From the human T2T-CHM13v2.0 reference genome, Homo sapiens: DNA of 64,000 nt. Every line of letters begins with the position of its first letter. Position 1 is the first letter of the stretch. Position numbers and translations under genes: made by a program. The stretch is from the NCBI RefSeq assembly GCF_009914755.1, contig NC_060927.1; one strand, 5' to 3'. The notes below the pieces were generated by a model. That model searched no databases. It saw only the letters and a list, made by a program, of their open reading frames with translations, and was not told the DNA's origin. This document shows, piece after piece, positions 53,269 through 64,000 of the stretch.

Positions 53269-53433
53269 TATGTTGCCTATTATGACCTAATCAAAATTCA
53301 AGTAAGATTTCCTCTGCTTCATTCTGTTGCATCTCTTACTTGGAGAAGTGTATCCACTTTTTAGGGAAAGGAAATATAAACTTCCATATTTCCATGGAAG
53401 TGGTCAATATCACATTACAAGAAGGGCATTGTG

Positions 53434-53480
53434 AGATACACCTAATGTTAAATGACGAGTTAATGGGTGCAGCACACCAA
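53434..53480 (+). mobile_element. 47-bp internal fragment of a young L1PA 3'UTR, no poly-A
   Basis: AGATACACCTAATGTTAAATGACGAGTTAATGGGTGCAGCACACCAA; compare the L1 at 39535-39580; ATTGTG on both sides. Confidence 0.9.
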
Positions 53481-53672
53481 TTGTGGAGTATGTATTGGCA
53501 GACCCATCTTTTAAAATGATAATCTACAACATAAACATACATTTATTGCGTATGCCAATTTGAGTTAAATTATTTGTTGTGTGCACTAAAATACACAATT
53601 TGCATCACACTTACATATGTTATTTTCATTTAATGTGCACAACATCTCTAGGATAAAGGAACTTTTAGTACA

Positions 53673-54306
53673 TGTATCAGAGTTCTCCAGAGAATCACAA
53701 CAAATAGGATGATAAGATGGATAACTGATAGATGATAGATAGATAGATAGATAGATACATAGATACATAGATACACAGATAGACAGATGATAGATAGATA
53801 GATAGACAGATGATAGATAGATAGATGTAGATTTTACGGAACTGGCTCATGTGATTGTGGGAGTTGACAACTCCCAAATCCATAGGCAGGACAACAGGCT
53901 GTAAACTCAGGCGAGAATAATGTTGTAGTCTCGAGTTTGAAATCTACAGAGCAGCTGGCAGGCTAGCAACTCACACAGGAGCTGATGTTACAGTCATAAA
54001 TTTAAAATCTTTAGGGCAGACCAGTAAGTTGGAGACACAGGCAGCCTTTCTATGTTGTAGCCATGAGTCAGACTTCCTTCTTGGAAGTAAAGTCCTCCTT
54101 GGAAACCAAGTTTTTTCTTAACACTTTTGATTCATTGAATGATGTTCACCCACATTATCAAAGGTAATCTCTTCAGTTAAAATCACTGATTACATATGTT
54201 AATCACATTTACAAAATACCTTCACAGCAACATCTAAACTAGTGTTTGACCAAAACACTGAGCAACATAGCCTAGCCAAGTTGACACATAAAATTTAACC
54301 ATCACA
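53673..54306 (-). mobile_element. ERVL 3' LTR (MLT2C/D-like)
   Basis: TGTATCAGAGTTCTCCAGAGAA...GGAACTGGCTCATGTGATTGTGG...GCCAAGTTGACACATAAAATTTAACCATCACA. Confidence 0.88.
53727..53832. repeat. Compound (GATA)n tetranucleotide repeat within MLT2
   Basis: GATA/CATA/GACA units. Confidence 0.95.
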
Positions 54307-55640
<1,334 letters not shown>

Positions 55641-55879
55641 AAAAATTTTAAGATTGAACATCAGAATGTTTAAGAACTATTCTATGGTTACTCAACTAAT
55701 GAATGGGAAAGAAAATATTTGAAGTCAAGCTCTCTGACATAAAAATATCTTCCATAATAACTCTGTGTGGTGTATTGAGTTTGAGAGTTTTAAAAAGGTT
55801 TTCAGCATTGTGGCTACATCTAGATTTGACTCTGGTTACTTCATGAACTACTTTTAGGTTTTAGAAAGTTTTCTATTTA

Positions 55880-56165
55880 CCGTCTCAGCTTCATTCTTCA
55901 CTCTTCTTTACCCAACTCTGTACGTATAAGCTGGACACTGACTTTATAGACTGCATCAAACAGGCTCCTTTGCCTTCTGGTTTCTGGTTGAGTATTGCCA
56001 GAAGGAGATGCAAAGGTGGAAGAAAAGATAAGTCATGGTATTTATTCTCCTGCTCGGTTGTTGATGCTCTGCAATGTGTGTGTGGCTATTTCCCTTGGAC
56101 AGCTTCATCATCTGCGGAGTTAGACAATGTCTTCTCTTTCGCTGTGGCATTCCCTACAATGTCAC
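55880..56165 (+). mobile_element. LTR33-like ERVL LTR (partial)
   Basis: CTGACTTTATAGACTGCATCAAACAGGCTCCTTTGCCTTCTGGTTTCTGGTTGAG...GGTATTTATTCTCC. Confidence 0.6.
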
Positions 56166-56334
56166 CTCTGGGAAAGAAACTTACATTGAAAAAGTTGTGA
56201 CAATTGGCGGACACTCATATTACCATGTGCCTTAACAATAATAAACAAATGGCTTAAAATAATAGTGGAATAGTCATTTGAAGGCTCATTAATTGTACAT
56301 GTGAGAAACCATCCTTGGAGTCTTCTGAGGTTTT

Positions 56335-57325
56335 TACCCCATTAAGATATCTATATCTACCCAAAAGAAAATAGATAGTTATATCAAACAGACAGCTGCA
56401 CTCATATGTTTCTTTCTCTCTTTCTCTCTTTCTTTCTCTCCCTCTTTCTTTTTCTTTCTTTTTCTTTCTTTCTTTTTTCTTCTTTCTTTTTCTTTCTTTT
56501 TTTCTTCTTTCTTTCTTTCTTTTTCTTTCTTTCTCTCTCTCTCTCTTTTTTTCTGTCTCCTTTTCTTTCTTTCTTTTGACAGGATCTCCCTGTGTTGCCC
56601 AGACTGGAGTGCAATGGCACTATCATGGCTTACTGCGGCTTCAACTTTTGGGCTCATACGATCCTCCTGCCTCAGCCTCCATGTAGCTGGGACTACAAGC
56701 ACAGGCGACCATGCCCAGTTAATTATTTTTATTTTTGTAGAGGTTGGGTCTTACTATGTTTCCCAGGCTGGTCTCAAACCTCTAGGCTCAAGTGATCCTC
56801 CCACCTTGGCCTCCCAGAGTGCTGGGATTACAGGCGTAAGTCACCGCACCTAGTCAGATTCGTAATAGCATAGACATGGAATCAACCTAATTGTTAATTG
56901 ACAGATGATTGGATAAAGAAAATGAGGCATATATATATATATATGTATACACACATATATATACACTATCCACCCATTAAAAATGAATGAAATCATGTCT
57001 TTAGCAGAAACATGGATGAAACTAGAGGCTGTTATCTTATGCGAAACAACTCAGAAACAGAAGTCAAATACCATATGTTCTCACTTATAAGTTGGAGCTA
57101 AATAATGTGTACACATGGACATGGAGTGTGGAGTGATAAACTTTGGAGGCTCAGAAGGATGTGGGGGAGGAAGGACAAAGGGTGACAAGAAATTACTTGA
57201 TGGTTACAATATACATTATTCAGATGATGGATGTACTAAAAACCAAGATTTCACAGCTACGTAATATATGCCTGCAAAAAAATTGCATTTGAACTCCTTA
57301 AATTTATATAAATAATAATAATAAT
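56335..57325 (+). mobile_element. L1PB4-like 3' end interrupted by AluJ
   Basis: ACATGGAATCAACCTAA...GAAATCATGTCTTTAGCAGAAACATGGATGAAACTAGAGG...AATAATGTGTACACATGGAC...AAATTTATATAAATAA. Confidence 0.85.
56408..56855 (-). mobile_element. AluJ with tail expanded into an approximately 170-nt CT-rich microsatellite
   Basis: Pyrimidine tract 56408-56577, then GACAGGATCTCCCTGTGTTGCCCAGACTGGAGTGCA...GCTGGGATTACAGGCGTAAGTCACCGCACC. Confidence 0.95.
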
Positions 57326-57329
57326 ACAA

Positions 57330-58114
57330 AGGTAGAATGGTTGCTTAAGGGTTCATTAGTTATACATCCAACAAACCATCCTGTGAGGCTTCTTAGGTTT
57401 ATACTTCTTTAAGATGAAGTCTAAATGTTTAACCCATATAGAACCTAAAAGGTGGAGATGAGATGACCCCTTCTTATTATTACCCCAAATAATTCACTTA
57501 AGAAATGTATGCTTCTGGCCCCTGAAATATGGAACTTGGTGAACTTGGTGGTCCTGTGCTTAAGGGAGACACGGTTCCATTAGGGGAGCACAGTTAATGT
57601 TTGTATTAAATGGAAGCTGAGGCTGGAAACTGGCCATTTTGTACTCCTCATTAAACCAGGAGGGAGAGAAAGACAACCTTCTACTGAATGGGTGATTGAT
57701 CTCAATTACCAAGTGGAAATTGGCTTGCTGCCTCATAATGAGGGCAAGGAGGGTTCTAGTGAATTCTCTCTAAAACTTGAGAATTCACTAGATCACTCCT
57801 TAGTTCTCCATTACCCATAACCCTGATCAATAGAAACAATCGAATAAAAACAGAACCACCAATAAGTTCTATTCTGGGAGTTGTGTCTCTCAAAATGATA
57901 AAATCCTCAGTCACAGTGCTGATAGATAGTAAGGGTTATGAAGCACACTCGCGATGGTTAATGTGTTATGTTTCTGGGGGAAGTATGACTGAATTGACAT
58001 TACTGTGTAATGATATAGTCACTGATTAGAATTTCTGTTTCCTGTGTAAGGGACACAGAATTGTCATTCAGAAAAAGCATCAAGAATGGATGCTGAAGGA
58101 CAAAAGAGGTATTC
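57330..58114 (+). mobile_element. Older ERVL-class internal remnant with a dUTPase-like segment
   Basis: IKWKLRLETGHFVLLI (57605) and VIDLNYQVEIGLLPHNEGKE (57692); purine tract AAAAGAGG before the LTR. Confidence 0.7.
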
Positions 58115-58500
58115 TGTGGTGGATACTCTGTCCTACCAGAACCACCCTCTACACTTCCTCACCTTCTTGCTGTTACAATCTTCCTTGCTTTGTAGCTTTT
58201 GGTTAGGTTTAGTTGATGGAAGGCAATAGAAGATCAAAGAGCAGGAAGAGAGACATCAGTAGAGACTATTTCCTTTATCAGAGACCACAGCTGTTGTCAA
58301 GCAGCCCCCTCCCTTGGTTCTGATAAGGACTCCTTTCTCTCTTCCTTCAAGCTCAAGGGTGATAGTATTTTCCTGGGTTATTAGTCCCAGGGTGTTTCAC
58401 CATCCATGTTAGTTTCCATTAATTTTGTCCACACACGTAAATGATTTATTTATTAAACTCTCTTCAATCACTCTTTTGAAAATGCCATCTATTTCTAACA
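58115..58500 (+). mobile_element. LTR33-like 3' LTR
   Basis: TGTGGTGGATACT start, CCTTCAAGCTCAAGGGTGATAG core, ATTAAACTCTCTTCAATCACTCTTTTGAAAATGCCATCT end. Confidence 0.7.
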
Positions 58501-61024
58501 AATGTATCATTCCAGGCAGTGATGTTATATTCTAAGAAGGCTTGTCCTCATATTTAAACTATGATCCTGTAATCCCCTAAATCCACCTGAAGCTGCTGTA
58601 GTTATATGAACCTAGTCCATTCCTGCCTCAATATTCTAGAGTCTGGCTACCTCTGCAAAAGATAAAAAGTGGACATAGGTGGTATTATCACTACTTCAGG
58701 ATCTAGAGAGTTATCTGCCCCTCTCAAGATACCATGATTTCAAAGGCCAGCAAGCAAAGTTAAACGTACTGCAATTTTAAATGAAAAAAGTTAATACAAA
58801 TGTTAATCTAAAACAACAAAGTTCTAAAATAAATCAAATTGATAACATGCATAACTGGAAGAAGTTTAAAAAATCACTAAGAATTTAAGGCTAATAAAGA
58901 AAAAATTTTCAGAGAAAATTAATTCCAGGACTGTAGCTTAATGTTCTAAGAAAACAGCCATGTAGAACATCCACACTGTGATGCGTGCACCATGTGGGAC
59001 CTCCCATGCCATTGCCTACTCTGCAACTGCTAATAGAATGGTGTCAGCACAGAGGACACAAAGGAAACTAAATAAAAGGCTCTCTTTGAAATATGCTATT
59101 TGGAATAATATACTTTCTTTCTGAACACAGGAGTGCCTTTATTGTAGTGAGTGTCCAGCTTTGCATTACCTCCCACCCAAAGCTAAAACAGCAGGAAAAA
59201 TCTGAGGAGTCTCCTTTACTGCATGAAATCATGAATTTCTGTGTATCCAGTGCTACAGAAGAATGAATTGAGCACTGACCCTATGGCAAGCATTTCTGAG
59301 ACAACTCAAGAAATATAGAGCTACAATAAACATTCCTCTTTCTGATGAGATAGAAAACTGAATTTATAATTTATTTAGTATTTTTTTTTAAATCAAATAG
59401 AATCTAGCAGAAGCTGAAACTTTGACAGCTTACATTAATTAAGATACGGTGAATGGGAATCCCTCTATATGAGTTCTTCTAAAAAGTGTCAACAGTGGAC
59501 AATGCATGGAACCAGATATATTCATAAATTTTATTTTAAAGTAATGATTTTTGCAATAATAGTATGTTATCAGCACTGAACCCTACTTAAAGAAAATATA
59601 CCCAGAAGTCATACATCTAACTCCTCAAGTTTATGTCATGTTGAATTTGTAAGCATTATAAGTTGTGAGTTACCAAAGTGAAGATGTAAAATTTACCCCG
59701 TGCTCATTTTCACTTTCTTGTGAATTACCCCTTGCTAATTTTCAGTATCTTGTTTAGAGCAGACTCGGGCATGTATAATATGCAGGATGATCCATGGCAA
59801 AATGTCTGGTCCTAACTTCTATTCCTTTCTCTCCACCTTCGCTTGCAATATTTTCCTTCTAGCAAAATGTACCTAAAAGGCCACCAACAGCAGCTTTTAA
59901 TGAGAGAAAACCTGACCAAAAAGAAAAAGGTAGGAATTTCAGAATTAAGATTTGGCAGTCCTTTCCCTTCATTTGATGATGGAAAAAGATTTGGTCTTAC
60001 TGATACTATGCTTTAATGTAGAAGAAACATGGCACTCCAAGGAAATCAGATCTAGTTATCTCTTACTATTAGATGTGGATTTTCTCAACTTTTTTCTATC
60101 CTGGCTTTTTAATAAAAAAGAAAAACCAATGAATACTTCAGAAAATTTTTTGAGATAAATGCATGTGAGTTACAAATATATATATTCCAGATCTATTGTA
60201 TGGAAATAAGGTTCCTAGAATTAAGATGCCCTGTTTGGTTTATTTTTATAATTTTTATAGAATGGATTCTTTAATCTGCTATTTTTCTAGTCGTCCTTAT
60301 ATTCTACCATGTACTAATATGAAAACTTGTAAAGATTTTCTATTAGAATTTTTTGGTTTGTGGAGACTGAAAGTTAATATGACTGAAGTCAATAAGATTA
60401 GAAAGATACTCCAGAGGGGGTGGATATTATGTATTATTTCTGGGGAGAAAATTTATTAGTGTTTCTCCTTATCTCTTTTGAAAAACCAAATTTTAAAAAT
60501 TATAAGCAACAAATAAGCAACAAAATACTGAAACTATTTAGGAAATTTAAAATATCATTACTTCATAAATACTTCCTTTAGTCTCTCAGTCATTTCAAAA
60601 ATAGAATGTAAGAAGCATACAAAATAGTTGAGACAAAGTCACAAAGATATAATTTTGAATAAGCATCAGCATTGGCTGAACACTTCAGAAAACAATTGTT
60701 GATGATATGCACACTTAGCCTTTTCATTCCAAGGGCATGAAAGAAAATGGAGAGCAGTTGAGGAAATGGCTAGACAATGCCTAATATAATAACTAAAAAA
60801 CTAATCCCTGGATATTTTGAATTAGCCAAATAATAGCCAACACAGATACAGAGAGAAAAATCCTGCACACTCGACTTTCTAAATTTGCATCAAATTATAA
60901 AATTTGGAAACAACAGCTTGTTAATTTATCAGAAAGGAGCTTATATTTAAATAAATCTTCTACATTTAAAGATGAGAAAAATGAGAGTCAATGCTGTTAT
61001 TAGGTTGGTAACATAGCTACATTT

Positions 61025-61028
<4 letters not shown>

Positions 61029-61069
<41 letters not shown>
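61029..61069. repeat. (TC)n microsatellite
   Basis: TC run with one interruption. Confidence 0.95.
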
Positions 61070-62299
61070 ACCTAGCTCTCTAAATTGGTTACTCACCATA
61101 ACCATGGGATAAAAACAAATCGATTACTCATAAAAAGGACAATTTTTGTATGGTATTCAGATTAGTCATGAATATCTTGCAGGCATCTTCATCAAATAAC
61201 AGGCAATATCAAGAAGCTTAGAGAGGGTAACTGAGTTGCCTAAGATCACACAGCCAATAAGAAATTATATCCGGTGTTCTTCACTGTTGTTTTAAGTGTG
61301 AGTAGAGTCTTCAATAGTTTACCAAGATTTGAATATCAAATCAATGTTGGTGAATAGGATACAAATTACATGAGATAAATCAAAGACCATTATTTTTGTA
61401 AACTCTGAAAAGAACTACAGATAACTACAAATAGAGTGTGTATATTTCATGTGGCACAGTGGTTTAATTAAAAAAAGAATTTTAAATAGTTTGAAGATGT
61501 CATATCTTAATCAGCTGAAGAGCTATGCATGGACAAATATCAAAGTATAAGGAAAAATCTGGACTATAATTGAAATATTTCCTTGTTTTTCCATCATACT
61601 GCTTCACACTTACACTACAATGAAGCAACTTGGTTTCAACTGAATACTTAAACTCCTCAACAAATAGTTTAATTTTTGGATTAAATTTCAATTGTGCATA
61701 TCATAGATTTCTATAAATTTTATATAATTTCTCAAGTTCACTATGAATATCTTCTATGTGCCAGACATTGTGCTGGAGACTGGCATATTGGACAATATTT
61801 AAGCTATGATGGCACTGCTGTATTATTTGACCTGCTCTGGGCCACTTTGAATGAATTTATCAGAATTCTATGACAAGAAAATGAAAAGAACAAATCATAG
61901 CTGACAGTAATAAAACATGCCTGAGCTTTGATTGATTACACTCACAGTCATACACAAAAGAGGCTTTCCTTCAATGTTCACTATGAGGACATTAATAAAA
62001 AATATAATGCAGGGATGGTCAATTCTAGACTGCTGCCAAAATATAAAGAAACAGGTAATTATTTTCCAGGTATTGGCCAACCATCATTACTCATCCTTTT
62101 CTTCCCAGGCAAGCATTACATTTATGTCTACCTTTTGGTGTTTGGAAATATTCTTTGTAGTTATATGTGTTCTTCAAAAGGTCTGAATTCATGTTTGGTA
62201 GAACAAATCTTGCATGAACTACATAGGTCCAGCGATTTAGATTTCTTAGGATTCTCTTCCTCCTCAATCACACTCCTTCATTTTCTACCCAATACTCTC

Positions 62300-62590
62300 T
62301 AGTGCAGCGCTTACCAAACCTCAGTGTACATCAAAATCCTAAGGAAAGTTTGTTAAAATACAGATTTGGGAGCCTTTCTCAAAAATTTTGAGACATTAGG
62401 TTAGAGAAGAGAATCAAGAAGCTGCATTTCCTACAAGTAATACTGACGCTGCCCGTCTACCAACCAGACCTTGAGTAGCAATACTCCAGTGGCTTGCTAC
62501 AGAAAGTGTGCTCTGCAGACCAACAGCATCACCATCACCTCAAAGTTTGTTAGAAATGCAGAATTTTGGCTCAACCATAGATCTACAAAA
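62300..62590. mobile_element. Two adjacent MER5-like MITEs
   Basis: GTTTGTTAAAATACAGATT...CTGCATTTCCTACAAG and GACCAACAGCATCACCATCACCTCAAAGTTTGTTAGAAATGCAGAAT. Confidence 0.7.
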
Positions 62591-62733
62591 TGCTTTCCTC
62601 AGGCAGAGTCATTGGGTGAAATTATACACCCATAGGATATAATGTCATTGCTAGTAGACAGAAAGCATAGACCCTTTAATCTTCTAGGACCTATGCTCAG
62701 TTTACTTGCCTATGGGTTAGGCCTGTGTTTGCT

Positions 62734-63222
62734 TGTGGCAGTTTGCAAATGTAGCCACAATACTTGTAGCCACTGCCATAAAGGGATGAAGTCTGTATCC
62801 TTGTTTCTTGAATCTGGACAGGCCATGTCATTTGTTTTGATCCACAGAATGCACTGAAATTGGCACTAGGAAAATACAAACCAAGGCTTTAAGAAACCTA
62901 GCAGCGTCTTCTCTTGATGTTCTAGGGACTTCTGCTACTGGCATCATATGAAAAAAGCTCAGGCTAGCCTGCAGAATGATAAGGCACATGTGACCCACTG
63001 TTACCCTAATCCACAGTCTGCCAAGCCCAGAAGAAGAATTGCCTATTTGACTGGCAGCTGACTACAGTTACATGAGTGAATCTAGTAAGGTCAGCAGAAG
63101 AACTGCACAGCGGAACCCAGACAATAATAGCCATGCTACAAAATTGTGAGCTAAATATATGGTTGTTGGTTTGAGTCACTAAGATTTGAGGTGGTTTGTA
63201 TATAGAAAAAGATACTGATATT
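62734..63222 (+). mobile_element. MLT1G/H-like LTR
   Basis: TGTGGCAGTTTGCAAATGTAGCCAC...CTTGAATCTGGACAGGCC...GTCACTAAGATTTGAGGTGGTTTGT...ACTGATA. Confidence 0.8.
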
Positions 63223-64000
63223 TGCTTCCCCTTAATAATTTCCTTCAAGACCTATGAAGACTAATAAAAAGAGAATTATGATAGAGCAGGCTCTGAGGTT
63301 TCTCCTGTTATTAATTGCTTGGCTCTATTTTCTTCCACTAGGTGAGAAATAATCATTGAGAATAGATCAAAAACCAAATTGTAATTTTTTAACAAATAAA
63401 AGAAGCAAACAGCAATCCAAAAAATTCAAAAAAACCTGTCTTACTTTTATAAATCACATATAGGAAAAATATTGAATGTTGAATGTGTTCTTGCAGGATA
63501 TAGAAGAATTCATTTGGGAAATCAAAGTCAATCGTCAAGAAGGAGCCTCAGGAGTGGCTGTTATAGGCACTCACAACCTCTATTTCCTTGGATCTCTATG
63601 GCACCAAGGGCTTGCAAGCGTTTCCTGATATATTCAGATTGATTTGGCAAAGTTTTAGCCTCACGGTCTGGACATATTTCTCTTATAAGATAGTACAAAT
63701 ATAAAAAGATGCCAAATTTTCTCAGATAAATTCCTTGTTATTAGCCAAATTACTACTAAGATTTTATTAAAATTGTCTTCAATTAGAAAAGCTAACATTT
63801 GAGTGCATTTAGTAATATAAGCAGTAGGAAATAAGAAAAAATTACTAAACAGTAATAACAATGGGAAATTTCACTAAGAAAATTTTGCAAAAAAAATCTG
63901 AAGCTACTAAAATTAAATCAGGATAAAACTTGCACAAAAAGAGACAAATCTATGTATAAAATTAAAGCCTGTAAACAGACCCTGTTTTATATGAGAATTG

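Larger units (their letters stand above)
52825..53531 (-). mobile_element. MLT1H-like LTR
   Basis: TGTATTCATTATGTATTGCTGAATAACAAATT...ACACCTACACATGGCTTCTCCATGTGG...ATAATCTACAACA. Confidence 0.75.

Noticed and set aside
59863-59900. NVPKRPPTAAF resembling the HMG-box start (NAPKRPPSAFF)
   Set aside because: Similarity ends after about 10 residues; no continuing HMG helix or pseudogene body

Overview
AT-rich, CpG-depleted primate (human-like) intronic or intergenic DNA. I can support no protein-coding gene, CpG island, intact RNA gene or CRISPR array. The listed ORFs are by-products of Alu, LTR, L1 and microsatellite sequence. A large part of the window is interspersed repeat: Alu/FLAM, MIR, L1 of many ages, MaLR/ERVL/ERV1 LTRs and hAT/Tc-mariner MITEs, often nested with readable target-site duplications (TSDs). 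Family and subfamily names come from recalled consensus sequences, and boundaries of old elements are approximate. The most notable observations are: (1) about 1.3 kb at 20.6-21.95 kb that reads, across stops and frameshifts, as a colinear fossil of a Penelope-like reverse transcriptase; (2) a tailless 5'-half tRNA-Ser(CGA) retrocopy between perfect 16-bp TSDs at 32.25 kb; (3) a 47-bp tailless young L1 3'UTR patch inside an old LTR; (4) an unexplained 64-bp direct duplication 1.65 kb apart; (5) a twin-primed inverted L1PA; (6) a nested palindromic TA repeat. These are retroposition or repair fossils. I see no direct evidence for a new functional system.
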